A stretch of 64,000 nt of DNA from Bacteroidales bacterium (GTDB lineage: Bacteria > Bacteroidota > Bacteroidia > Bacteroidales > JAADJA01): NCBI GenBank assembly GCA_016783885.1, contig JADHVR010000002.1:3628-67627 (forward strand), in the 5' to 3' direction. Position 1 is the stretch's first letter. Each line of letters starts with the position of its first letter. Shown piece after piece: positions 23,316 to 33,154 of this stretch. A program made the translations under genes and the position numbers. The notes under the pieces were generated by a model. It did no database searches. It saw only the letters and a program-made list of their open reading frames with translations, and was not told where the DNA came from.

Positions 23316-26300
23316 TCAGTATATTCGATATCTGGGAAGGGTAAACTTAAATGTACTGCCGACTCCTAATTCGCTTTCAGCCCATATTTTACCGGTATTC
23401 CTTTCCACAAATTCTTTACAAAGTATCAAACCTAAGCCGGAACCCTGTTCATTAGCAGTACCAATGGTTTTGAACTGGTCGTCAATCCTGAACAACTTTT
23501 TCAGGTTTTTTTCTTCGATACCTATTCCCATATCAGCTATACACACCTCAACAGTATTATTAGTATTTCCGGCTGTAATTTCAATTTTGCCTTCTGGTTT
23601 TGTAAATTTTATAGCATTCGAAAGCAAATTTCTGATAACGGCTTTAATCATATTTTCATCCGCAAAAGCTATTGTATTATACGGGACAGTGGTATGAACT
23701 TTTATCCCTTTATTGATTGCACTTGATTTTAGTACAGTAATATTTTCATTTACAAGCACACTTATATCAATAATTTCGGGATTATAATCGATGTTGCCGG
23801 TTTGTGTTCTTGACCATTCAAGTAAATTTTGTAATAACTTGAACGTACTTTCGGAAGCTTCACATATATTTTTAATAAAAATTTTACGTTGTTTTTCATC
23901 TAAATTATCATAAGCTTCATAAAGTAAATTTGAAAACCCCATAATGGCATTAAAAGGATTTTTAAGATCATGGGCTATGATGGAAAAGAATTTATCTTTC
24001 ATAGCATTGGCTTCTCTTAGCTTTTCTCCCGATTCAATCAGTATGGATTCCGTTTCCTTGCGCTCCGTAACATCAATAGCAACAACAAGAAGAGCCGGTT
24101 TTCCATAGTAATCAACTATAGAACCCAGCGTTTCTATCCATCTCACTTTTCCATCTTTCCTGATGTATTTGTATTCAGTTCTTGCCGGTATCTTTTCTCC
24201 TTCCTGTCCCCTTTTAATATTATTTAAAGCACGTTCATAATCATCAGGATGTATTATTAACTTAAGCCAGTTTTTTTCTTTTACCGATAATTCCTTAAAG
24301 CTGTATTGTGTCATCTCTTCCATCCTTGAATTTGCAAAAATCAGCTTTTCATCCTGAATAATAAGCATTGCCTGTAAAGAATTCTCGACCAAAATCCGGT
24401 ACTTTAATTCGGATTGTATCCTTGATTTTTCTATCTTTTTTGAGTAAGTAACATCTTCAATATTAATAATCAGACTTGTTATATTTCCTTTTTTGTTTTT
24501 AACAGGTGCTATTATATACTTCAAAAAAACATCTTTTCCCCACTTCGATTTATACTCTTTTTCATTATACATTATATTGCCGGTTTCAATGCAATTTAAT
24601 ATATCATCCGAAAGTCCGACTTTTTTGAGTGGTGGATATTCAAGGCAATTTATCTCTTTGGTTTCCTCTTCGCCAGGTGAGCCTAAAATTTGAAGCATTT
24701 TTTTATTTACTTCAATGATATTCCCCTTCTTGTTTATGTATATTATACCGGTTGGTGAGTATCCTATCAGATTTTTATATTTTGTTTCGCTTTTACTTAA
24801 TTCGTCTAATGCTTCTGATAATTTTTCCTTTTGCCCGGTTATCTCTTTATTAATCTCCTTTAGTTTTTTATTGGCTTTTGTTTTTGACTTAATATCATAA
24901 TAAACAAGTATTCCAAAAATTGCCATTAAGATAAAAATAATAACAAGATAGGTTCTTTGGGTTCTAACTTCCTTTTCTTTCTTCTGGTATTCTTGTATCA
25001 TTAATTCCTTCTCCAATTCCCTCTCCCTGTCTGTTTTATCAATCTCATACATAGCTTGTATTTCGGCAAGATTTCTGTGAAATTGTTTGTTGTATATAGT
25101 ATCTTTCTGCAAAGTGTAAAACCTAAAATATTCTAAGGCTTTAGCATAATTCTTTTTCTGTAAATATATTTTATAAAATAGTTCATAATTGATAAGAAGT
25201 ATTGACGATAGTTTAAGGGAATCGGCTATTTGAAGGCTTTTATAATTGAATTCAATTGCTTTTTTAAAATTACCCACCTTAAAATATACCATTCCGATGG
25301 AGTTATATGATTGTGCTATCCCAAGTTTGTTACCAAGTTTTTTTTCAATCTCAAGAGATTCAATTAAATAATCTAACGCTTTTTGATGATTGTCCAGATC
25401 AGAATAACTTTCCCCAATGTTGTTCAACGCCTGTGCAATTCCCCTTGTCTCCCTGAATTCTTCATATATCTCAAGGGCTTTATTATAATAACCGATAGCT
25501 ATTTCATTTTGATCCCAATCGCTGTAAACAATACCAATATTATTATAAGATCCGGCAATTCCCTTCCTGTTTCCTAACTCCTCTTCAATATTAAGAGACT
25601 TTTGATAATATTCTAATGCTTTTTCTTTGTTTCCCCATTCATAATTAACTATTCCAATATTATTCAGGACATGTGCAATACCCTGCTTGTTTTGCAACTC
25701 TTCAACCAATTGCAAGGACTTCATATAATAACTTAATGCTTTCTCGTAGCTTCCCAGGTCAAAAAAAACAATCCCGATGCTATTATATATATCTGCAATT
25801 TTTTGCTTATTGCCTAATAATTCCTCAATATCGAAGGCATTTTTGAAATAAATAAGCGCCGATTGAAAATCACCAGCCGATTGAAAAACATTGCCTAAAT
25901 AAAAAAACCGGTTTGCTATTTTGGATTTACGGTCAAGTTTTTCTTCTATATTAACCGACCTTAACAGATATTCTTGTGCCTTTTTATATTCGCCTTTACC
26001 TTCGTAAGTTAATCCAATCGAATTTAAAATTTCCGAAATAACGGTATCATTTCCTTTTGTTTCTTCGATTTCCAGAGATTTGAGGTAGGCATCAATAGCT
26101 GAATCATATTCGTAAAGAAAGTAATTTGCTTCACCTAAATTGTATAGCGCCCCGGATTGAGCTTCCCGGTTATTTAAAATCCTTGCTAATTCAAGGGCGT
26201 TATTTGCATAAATCTTCGATTTTTCAGGGTTAACCGAAAGATACTCTTTTGCCAATAAGTTTAAAAGATTTACTTTATCACCAACCGGAGAACTTCCCAA

Positions 26301-26438
26301 TTGCTTTTCGATCCGGGTTATATTAATGGCTTTATCATCAGTTAACGTATCGGAAAAGGAATAAAATACCTGTATAAAGAAAAACAGCAAAACGGCTATT
26401 CCTTTTAAGGGTAATCTTATGTTCTTAATCCTCCTCAA
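23316..26438 (-). CDS. TPR-array / PAS-PAS sensor histidine kinase (classical HisKA + HATPase_c)
   Basis: 1040 aa. N-terminal hydrophobic segment, about 9 TPR-like repeats, a TM segment (YLVIIFILMAIFGILVYY) and two PAS-like regions. H-box FFSIIAHDLKNPFNAI. ATPase motifs NLLSNAIKFT, DMGIGI, GSGLGLILCKEFVERNTGKIW. Confidence 0.9.
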   Translation of the reverse strand: MRRIKNIRLPLKGIAVLLFFFIQVFYSFSDTLTDDKAINITRIEKQLGSSPVGDKVNLLNLLAKEYLSVNPEKSKIYANNALELARILNNREAQSGALYNLGEANYFLYEYDSAIDAYLKSLEIEETKGNDTVISEILNSIGLTYEGKGEYKKAQEYLLRSVNIEEKLDRKSKIANRFFYLGNVFQSAGDFQSALIYFKNAFDIEELLGNKQKIADIYNSIGIVFFDLGSYEKALSYYMKSLQLVEELQNKQGIAHVLNNIGIVNYEWGNKEKALEYYQKSLNIEEELGNRKGIAGSYNNIGIVYSDWDQNEIAIGYYNKALEIYEEFRETRGIAQALNNIGESYSDLDNHQKALDYLIESLEIEKKLGNKLGIAQSYNSIGMVYFKVGNFKKAIEFNYKSLQIADSLKLSSILLINYELFYKIYLQKKNYAKALEYFRFYTLQKDTIYNKQFHRNLAEIQAMYEIDKTDRERELEKELMIQEYQKKEKEVRTQRTYLVIIFILMAIFGILVYYDIKSKTKANKKLKEINKEITGQKEKLSEALDELSKSETKYKNLIGYSPTGIIYINKKGNIIEVNKKMLQILGSPGEEETKEINCLEYPPLKKVGLSDDILNCIETGNIMYNEKEYKSKWGKDVFLKYIIAPVKNKKGNITSLIINIEDVTYSKKIEKSRIQSELKYRILVENSLQAMLIIQDEKLIFANSRMEEMTQYSFKELSVKEKNWLKLIIHPDDYERALNNIKRGQEGEKIPARTEYKYIRKDGKVRWIETLGSIVDYYGKPALLVVAIDVTERKETESILIESGEKLREANAMKDKFFSIIAHDLKNPFNAIMGFSNLLYEAYDNLDEKQRKIFIKNICEASESTFKLLQNLLEWSRTQTGNIDYNPEIIDISVLVNENITVLKSSAINKGIKVHTTVPYNTIAFADENMIKAVIRNLLSNAIKFTKPEGKIEITAGNTNNTVEVCIADMGIGIEEKNLKKLFRIDDQFKTIGTANEQGSGLGLILCKEFVERNTGKIWAESELGVGSTFKFTLPRYRIY

Positions 26439-26513
26439 TCGATATAGAATTTTTGGTATTGTAAGATACTATTTTTTTTGCTTATATATTAAATCTATCC
26501 TTATTAATAAATT

Positions 26514-27395
26514 TTATGAAGTTATTTTTCTTAGCAATAACTCAATCATCTTAACAATAGCTTTTTTGTAATCCCTGTTATATTCGTGTCTTTCCCTGTT
26601 TGCAATGGCTACGCATACCGTAAGGGTATTATGACCCAATAATTTCCCCAAACCGTATAAAGCCGATGTTTCCATTTCAAAATTAACCACCCTGTGTCCT
26701 TTATGCTCAAAACTTTTTAATTTTTCATTCAGTTCAGGATAAGCCATTGAAAGCCTTAAAGTTCTGCCCTGAGGACCATAAAAACCCGGTGCAGTGGCTG
26801 TAATACCACGAATAAAACCATCACCAATCTCTCTGGCTAATTTCTCTGATGACTTAACAATATAAGGCTTTGGCATATCTTCAGGTACTTGAGAATATTT
26901 TATAAAAGTATTGGTTAATTCATTATCAATAATTCTATTGCTATTGCCGTAAAAACTCATTAAACCGTCCAAACCAAGCCCATACTCTGATAAAACAAAC
27001 GCATTTAATGGAATATCTGGCTGAATAGCTCCCGAAGTTCCAAGCCTGAAAATATTTAACGCTGTATGATGCTCTTTAATTATCCTCGTATCCAGGTCGA
27101 TATTAGCAAGTGCATCCAGTTCGTTGAGCACTATATCAATATTGTCGGTACCCATCCCTGTTGACATTACCGTAAGCCTCTTTTTATTTAAGAAGCCAGT
27201 GTGAGTGCAAATTTCCCGGTTCTGACCCCTAAATTCAATTTCGTCGAAATAATTTGAAATAATTTCAACACGTTGCGGATCACCTACCAGTATGATAGTT
27301 TCAGCAAGATGTTCGGGCTTGAGCTTCAAATGGTAAATGCCCCCATCAGGATGTAGAATCAATTCCGAATCCAATATTTTTTTCCCTGTTCCCAT
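26514..27395 (-). CDS. Nucleoside phosphorylase (PNP/UDP-1 family, uridine-phosphorylase-like)
   Basis: 293 aa. LVGDPQRV, MSTGMGTDNIDIVLNEL, FRLGTSGA and FEMETSALYGL motifs are typical of the family. Confidence 0.7.
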   Translation of the reverse strand: MGTGKKILDSELILHPDGGIYHLKLKPEHLAETIILVGDPQRVEIISNYFDEIEFRGQNREICTHTGFLNKKRLTVMSTGMGTDNIDIVLNELDALANIDLDTRIIKEHHTALNIFRLGTSGAIQPDIPLNAFVLSEYGLGLDGLMSFYGNSNRIIDNELTNTFIKYSQVPEDMPKPYIVKSSEKLAREIGDGFIRGITATAPGFYGPQGRTLRLSMAYPELNEKLKSFEHKGHRVVNFEMETSALYGLGKLLGHNTLTVCVAIANRERHEYNRDYKKAIVKMIELLLRKITS

Positions 27396-27480
27396 AAATA
27401 ATATTTCTACTTTTGTCTGAAAAAAAGGACAAATGTAATTATTTATTTTTTAATTTATAAACTATAATCAGGAGGGGAAA

Positions 27481-29229
27481 ATGAATCCTAAAATGAAAAA
27501 TTTATTCTTGCTATCGTGCATATTGATTGCAGTTCAGGTTTTTTCACAAGAAAGCGATCCGGCTTTAAACAGTCAAATCGGATATTACGAATATTTTGAT
27601 TGTGTTAAAAATGATTATGTAAAATCGTATACTTTCAGTGATTCTATTCCGCCGTCATTTGCAATCAGTCATACGGTAAATGGAGACGTAACAGTACATG
27701 TTGTTTCTGATGAAGATTTGTTTGCAGGCTGGGTAGATGAAAAAGATGTCTGGTCGGTTAGTAACTTTGATTATTGGTGGTTAAATACACGTCTGACAAA
27801 AGATTGTCAGAATAATATTTATGCAGCGGTAAGATTATACGAATATTCAAACCCGAGTGGTAATTTTGATATGTATAAATTGAATAACAATGGGAATATT
27901 CTTGAAGAGCATGATGATTGGATCGGACCCGGAGGCAATACTTTAATTATAAACAACCCTGACGAAAATATTTACATCGGGCAACCCACTCAAGATAAAG
28001 AAGGCGCTGTTGATAGTAACAATATAACTTATATATTTTCGGGTAGCGGTAGTATTTCGTTTACTAAGATAGATGCAGACGGAACAGTACTGATAAATGG
28101 CCAGACTGTTATTACCGGTGCTAATTCATGGACTAACGAGATCAGAACAGCAATTGATACGGATAATAAGATATATCTCGTGTGGTCAAATGATATGCAC
28201 GACATCACTTATGCTTACTCGGTTGATGGCGGAGATACATGGTCCGACAAGATTTCATTATATTTAAATGCTTCTCAACAACTAAACAAGCCCCAGATTT
28301 GCTGCGATATCAATAATAATGTTCATATAATCTGGCAGCAATGGACAGGGTCTTCCAACATACTAACCTATATGAAATTATTACCCGACGGTGCTATATC
28401 TGTTAATAATAGTTCTTTGACCCAGAGCAACAACCAGGTATGGTCGCCGAGAATGGATATTGATGAAGAAAATAATATTCATATTGTCTGGGCTAAAAGC
28501 AGTCAACAGATCACATCTGCTTACTATACAAAAATTAATGGGAATTTAGACAGTAACGGACAATCATTGAGCGATGATGAATTATCTATTATCCAGGAAC
28601 AGCCTTTTTTATCCGACGAAACCATCAGATATCCAAAGTGTGCTGTTGATGAATATGAAAATGTGCATACTATTTATGAAAAAGGTGAATATGGTTGTAA
28701 CCATCCAAAATCGGTAAAATATAAAAAAATGAATTCTATTCCATTGCTGAGAATTGAATGTCCGAATGATTCTATAATTTTTGTAGAAATGACAGGAGCC
28801 GGTACCCAATGGGAAGGAACTTTTACTCCTCCTGAAAACGGCACTTATAATATCAGAATTTCAGGGTCGGATATAGATGGTAACACAGGCGTTGATTATT
28901 ATCAGTTTGAATATATCAGTACTGATTTCCGGGAAAATGAATTATTATCAGATAATAACGAATTTCTCATAAATTATCCCAATCCGTTTAGTTTCGAAAC
29001 AACTATTGAATTTAATTTAACTGAAGCAAGTAATATTAAGCTCAGAATTTACAGTATAAACGGTGAATTGGTAAAAACACTTTTTTCAGGCGCTTTACAA
29101 TCCGGTATTCATACATTTATTTGGGAAACAAGTGATAATAACAACAATCCTGTTCCCTGCGGAATATATTTTTATAAATTAGAAAAAGATAATTCCAATA
29201 AAATCGGGAAGATGGTTTTTCTTGAATGA
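27481..29229 (+). CDS. Secreted protein with T9SS type-A C-terminal sorting domain (one clear Asp-box; propeller-like body)
   Basis: 582 aa. Signal peptide ..VFS|QES. Asp-box SVDGGDTWSD. C-terminal ~85 aa INYPNPFSFETTIEFNLTEASNIKLRIYSINGELVKTLF...GIYFYKLEKDNSNKIGKMVFLE matches Por/T9SS CTD features. Confidence 0.8.
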   Translation: MNPKMKNLFLLSCILIAVQVFSQESDPALNSQIGYYEYFDCVKNDYVKSYTFSDSIPPSFAISHTVNGDVTVHVVSDEDLFAGWVDEKDVWSVSNFDYWWLNTRLTKDCQNNIYAAVRLYEYSNPSGNFDMYKLNNNGNILEEHDDWIGPGGNTLIINNPDENIYIGQPTQDKEGAVDSNNITYIFSGSGSISFTKIDADGTVLINGQTVITGANSWTNEIRTAIDTDNKIYLVWSNDMHDITYAYSVDGGDTWSDKISLYLNASQQLNKPQICCDINNNVHIIWQQWTGSSNILTYMKLLPDGAISVNNSSLTQSNNQVWSPRMDIDEENNIHIVWAKSSQQITSAYYTKINGNLDSNGQSLSDDELSIIQEQPFLSDETIRYPKCAVDEYENVHTIYEKGEYGCNHPKSVKYKKMNSIPLLRIECPNDSIIFVEMTGAGTQWEGTFTPPENGTYNIRISGSDIDGNTGVDYYQFEYISTDFRENELLSDNNEFLINYPNPFSFETTIEFNLTEASNIKLRIYSINGELVKTLFSGALQSGIHTFIWETSDNNNNPVPCGIYFYKLEKDNSNKIGKMVFLE

Positions 29230-29390
29230 TATAGAAATTTGCATTTATTGTTTTGCAGCGTGATATTTTACAATTACAAAAAAACTTTAAACATCGAACA
29301 CCTCCCACTTTTCAACAGGGCAGGTTAAATTCTAACACTTACCTGCGTTCAACCTGCCATAATTTCGAACATCAAACTTCCCCCTAAGAA

Positions 29391-29440
29391 TTCGTCAGAC
29401 CACTTCGCACGGGCATACGCTCCGGCAGTGGTCAGACGAA
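29391..29440 (-). repeat. Intergenic repeat module X, copy C (14-bp stem, 22-nt loop)
   Basis: On the minus strand: TTCGTCTGACCACT-gccggagcgtatgcccgtgcga-AGTGGTCTGACGAA, beginning 6 nt after the TAG of the GH57-like gene. The GGATTA linker is conserved as in copy B. Confidence 0.85.
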
Positions 29441-29445
29441 TAATC

Positions 29446-32400
29446 CTAATCCGGCACTTGCCCGCCTGCACCAAGATTTGGCTGCCAGACATCATTCTTA
29501 TCCCGGTTATTTACTTGTCCGTCTAAAGAATAATCCCCATCGTAATATCCTTTGAACCCTGCTTGTAATGACCAGATGTTATCTTTGTCAGGATAGTAAA
29601 CTTGACCGTCTGCATCCCCATCGCCGCCACTCATTCCGTAAACCCCTCCGATATCTTTTTGTCCGGAATTGTAAGCCTGCCCGGCGCCGGTTGTAAAATC
29701 ATAAGAATAAATTCCGCTGGATTCGGTTAAAGGGTTAGCAGATAAAACAGCGAGATGGTTTCTGTGCCAAATCACAATAAACAGATTGTTGGTTACGGTG
29801 ATAGAGACGCACGGCCGTGCGTCTGTACAACCATCCAAACCAACAACAGACCCGTCATTTAAAAGAAATGCTGCTTGCCGTGCTATCATTGTTTCGCCGG
29901 TTGCCAAAGAAACATCGGTGGTGTCGCGCAATTCAATCAAAACCCAGTCAACAATATTTACGTTTGGAATGGATGTTACATTTTCGGTACCGTTATAATT
30001 CCAGGGAGCTATATTGTATGGTTGTGATAAAGGGATAAAGCCCATGGAATTTAAATGTATATTCATATCAATACCATTATAGGCTCCCTCCAGAAAAATT
30101 TTCAAATCCAGAATGATGGGATCGAGGTTTTCAATAGGAATATAGTAGTCGTTTCCGTTATTGTTATCCCATGTTCCGTTGTTGTAATGAATTACGAAGT
30201 CTATTCCGTCAACTATCTGCATAGGATCATCAAATGTTCCGAGTTCAATTGATAAAATATTATCCTGGTCAGGACCTGAAAATGGTGATTCAACGGCTGG
30301 TCCGGTTCCGTTAAATAAAAACGAACCGGCAGGCCAGTAAGATGTGATTGGTGTTTGCCATGAACTTCCTCCTGTATTTACTCCCCAGTGGAGATTTGCA
30401 CCCACTGTGGCTTGCCCCACAAATATTTTTATAGTATCAAACTGGTTAGGATTTTCCGGTTCCCAAACTACGCCATAAATTCCCTGCCCTTGTATGGATA
30501 TATGATAATCGTTTCCATTATTATTATCCCACGAGTCATCATCAAAATGGATTACAAAAGCGATAGAAAAGATATCCTGGGCAGGATTGTTGAAAGTGCC
30601 TATTTGTAATGTCAGTTCCCCGTTCCCGTTTGGCCCGTCTAATGGTGTTTCAACAGCAGGTCCTGAACCGTATAAATAGGTTCCGGATGGCCAGTAAACA
30701 GTATCGGGCGTTTGCCAGTTGCTGCCCTGGTTATTTACACCCCAGTGAAGTTTGCCGGTAGTCGGTGGGTTTGAAACAGTAATCGTAATAATATCATTTT
30801 CCCCGGGATTTTCCGGAATCCAGCTTACTTCATATTGCCCTCCGGGTCCACCTGGATTGTAGGTTCCAACATAAACATGCTGAATAGGTGTTTTAAAAAC
30901 ATTGCCGTAATTATCAGTAGCTTCAACATAATAATCTACCAAAGTGTCAGACAATCCTGTGATTTCAGCATAATGTTCGTTTGCGATATAATCGGGCATT
31001 AAAAAAAAGTTAATATCTGGGTTTCCGGTAACATTATCCGCCGGGAAAATTCTTTCTGTCATAGATATTGAATTCCATGCCTGCACACCCGCTCCACCGG
31101 TATAAGTATCGTTATCATTGTCAGTTAATGGATTAATCCCGTCATTATCCAACCTGTATTTTAAGGTAATGGATTGCAAACCTGAAACATCATAAGCAAA
31201 AGTCCAAACATAAAAGTCGGAAGTGTTTTGGTGTTGCTTGTAAGCATAAGTAGGCCCGAAACCGGTACCTCCCGGATTGTACGGATAACGCTGAGGAATA
31301 AATACCGTTGGCGGAGTGTTATCAACTCCCGGATTCGAACCAATGACCTGATCGGCAAAACCGGTTGCAAGGTTACATGCCAGTGACTGCTTAACTTCTA
31401 TATCGAGAGAAGTGCCGTAATACATGTAACCGCTGGTATATCCCGGCAGCAGGTGATGCCATGCTCTTTCGGCAAGGTTTGAGGAAGCATTAGGATAAAC
31501 AATGTCCCAGATATCTGCACCGCCTGTAAGGTCTTCAGCCATTACAACCCTGTTTTCTGCTGCAACAAGAACAGCCCAGTTACGAACGTCTTCAGTCCAG
31601 CCGTTGGTGTCAAATTCATAATCTTGTGTGTACAAAGGCCAGAGCCAGTTGATAAATTGCGTATGCCCCCAGTCGTTGGCAGCATTAAACCACGAACCGT
31701 CTTCAACATGAACAACATCACTTTCCGGAACAGGATGGTCATCCAGAAACTGTTGAATGGTGGAGGGAATATATCCCTGAGCAGCCGCAGCATTGGCAAA
31801 ACCCGGAACAGAATTATTATAATAATCGTAGCCACCGCCCCAGGCATTATCGCCGTCATGAGCCATCAACACAATGGAAGGGTGGGAGGGATCATCAAAA
31901 GGAGCTATATGATCGTCAATTTCGCCTGTACCCATGAGTGAATAACCGTTCATATAACTTAGCAGGTCGCTCATCGGAACCACTGTAATTTTGTATTCAG
32001 TTCCGGTTTCAGGGTCAATGTATTTTGCTTTGTGAGCCTGGTAGCAGAACGGAGCTGCAAATGTACCACCTCTGCCATCTATCTGGCCATTCCACCAGTT
32101 ATTCCCTGAGAAGGAGGTTACGTCAGCATAATTTGGCGGATCGATATTACAACCTGACGTCCCGTAATTTAAAGGATAATCGGCAAGTGTTCTTGCAAGG
32201 TGGCTGTTGGAAATAACAGACCATTCAAAACCTTCTTCAATAAGCACTTTGATAATCCTTTCGCTGAAAGCACATTCTGCTGGCCAATAGCCTTTTGAAT
32301 AATCAGGGTTTGAACCAAAAGTTTGCGAGTAAATATGGTTATGAGCCTGAATTTGTTTCCTGAAAACTTTATCACTGAGCAAAGGGCTAAGGGCATGGTG

Positions 32401-32880
32401 CATAGTGAAACCCATCAAATCCATTCTTGGATTACCGCCTGAAGTTTGCCAGCTCCTTGCTGTGATAAAATTATTTTGCCAGCCATTCGAATATCCCCAC
32501 TGCCCTGCTTGTGCAAGGCTATTCACATTTTCAATCAAACATCCGGAATAGCTCACTTGCGCGCCGGCTTCCGAGTGACCGAGCAATGATTGCACGGCAT
32601 CTTTAGTACGATATTGATAAACAGCCTTCCGGTCATCTTTATTAAAAATTTCTTCCAGGTTATTCAATGGGTGTTGCTGTCCGTCGGAATACCAGTTACC
32701 ATTATTGTTTTTCAGCCATTGCGATTCCCACACGGTTTGATAATGGTATTGATCCCACTGGCTTTGTTCGGGCCAGTAGTTAGGCTGCTGAAGATGCCAT
32801 AGATAGGTGGTGTGAACCTGGGCATTTACAGTAATATAAAAAAGAATTAACGCCGTAAAAAGAAAAAACTTCTTCATCAT
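29446..32880 (-). CDS. GH57-like alpha-glucan-active glycoside hydrolase with two tandem CBM25-like modules and the shared C-terminal module
   Basis: 1144 aa. Signal peptide ..VNA|QVH. GH57-like regions: YLWHLQQPNYWPE, FTMHHALSPLL, GYWPAECAFSERIIKVLIEEGFEWSVIS, VLMAHDGDNAWGGGYDYY. Two ~115-aa repeats each have W-x-PENP...LHWGVN..GS.WQTP...WDNNNGNDY (nt ~30490-30838 and ~30145-30480). Shared C-terminal module at nt 29449-30117 ends GGQVPD-TAG. Confidence 0.6.
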   Translation of the reverse strand: MMKKFFLFTALILFYITVNAQVHTTYLWHLQQPNYWPEQSQWDQYHYQTVWESQWLKNNNGNWYSDGQQHPLNNLEEIFNKDDRKAVYQYRTKDAVQSLLGHSEAGAQVSYSGCLIENVNSLAQAGQWGYSNGWQNNFITARSWQTSGGNPRMDLMGFTMHHALSPLLSDKVFRKQIQAHNHIYSQTFGSNPDYSKGYWPAECAFSERIIKVLIEEGFEWSVISNSHLARTLADYPLNYGTSGCNIDPPNYADVTSFSGNNWWNGQIDGRGGTFAAPFCYQAHKAKYIDPETGTEYKITVVPMSDLLSYMNGYSLMGTGEIDDHIAPFDDPSHPSIVLMAHDGDNAWGGGYDYYNNSVPGFANAAAAQGYIPSTIQQFLDDHPVPESDVVHVEDGSWFNAANDWGHTQFINWLWPLYTQDYEFDTNGWTEDVRNWAVLVAAENRVVMAEDLTGGADIWDIVYPNASSNLAERAWHHLLPGYTSGYMYYGTSLDIEVKQSLACNLATGFADQVIGSNPGVDNTPPTVFIPQRYPYNPGGTGFGPTYAYKQHQNTSDFYVWTFAYDVSGLQSITLKYRLDNDGINPLTDNDNDTYTGGAGVQAWNSISMTERIFPADNVTGNPDINFFLMPDYIANEHYAEITGLSDTLVDYYVEATDNYGNVFKTPIQHVYVGTYNPGGPGGQYEVSWIPENPGENDIITITVSNPPTTGKLHWGVNNQGSNWQTPDTVYWPSGTYLYGSGPAVETPLDGPNGNGELTLQIGTFNNPAQDIFSIAFVIHFDDDSWDNNNGNDYHISIQGQGIYGVVWEPENPNQFDTIKIFVGQATVGANLHWGVNTGGSSWQTPITSYWPAGSFLFNGTGPAVESPFSGPDQDNILSIELGTFDDPMQIVDGIDFVIHYNNGTWDNNNGNDYYIPIENLDPIILDLKIFLEGAYNGIDMNIHLNSMGFIPLSQPYNIAPWNYNGTENVTSIPNVNIVDWVLIELRDTTDVSLATGETMIARQAAFLLNDGSVVGLDGCTDARPCVSITVTNNLFIVIWHRNHLAVLSANPLTESSGIYSYDFTTGAGQAYNSGQKDIGGVYGMSGGDGDADGQVYYPDKDNIWSLQAGFKGYYDGDYSLDGQVNNRDKNDVWQPNLGAGGQVPD

Positions 32881-32958
32881 AAATATATTTGATTTACCTG
32901 AAGCGGATTGGCGATGCCAAAGATATAAAAAACTCCCACTAATGGCGGTAGTAATTTG

Positions 32959-33027
32959 GATACCGAAGTTTCAGTATTTGCGAAGACCTCTCCCTAACCC
33001 TCTTCAAAGGAGAGGGTTAGGGAGAGG
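32959..33027 (-). repeat. Intergenic repeat modules W (32959-32986) and Z (perfect 17-bp-stem hairpin, 32987-33027)
   Basis: Z is CCTCTCCCTAACCCTCT-tcaaagg-AGAGGGTTAGGGAGAGG. W is the reverse complement of the 19702-19729 module. Confidence 0.85.
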
Positions 33028-33043
33028 TTATTCGCAGTTTTAA

Positions 33044-33118
33044 TCCTTCATGCTCTTCCAGGTTTTCCGCCCTGAAATCTCCTTGCTTTAAATTCTGGAA
33101 GGTCTTTGCCATTTCGTA
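33044..33118 (-). repeat. Intergenic repeat module Y, copy C
   Basis: The reverse complement reads ACGAAATGGCAAAGACCTTCCAGAATTTAAAGCAAGGAGATTTCAGGGCGGAAAACCTGGAAGAGCATGAAGGA, collinear with copies A and B. Confidence 0.8.
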
Positions 33119-33152
33119 CGCGTATACGCTCCGGCAGCGGTCAGACGAATAA
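33119..33152 (-). repeat. Intergenic repeat module X, partial copy D (5' arm and loop only, fused to module Y)
   Basis: On the minus strand: GGATTATTCGTCTGACCGCTGCCGGAGCGTATACGCGT immediately after the TAG of the C1 peptidase gene. The 3' arm is replaced by module Y. Confidence 0.75.
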
Positions 33153-33154
33153 TC

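Noticed and set aside
23143-23697. 184-aa plus-strand ORF overlapping the 3' end of the TPR/PAS kinase
   Set aside because: It is antisense to a well-supported HATPase domain, and its composition is consistent with a spurious frame.
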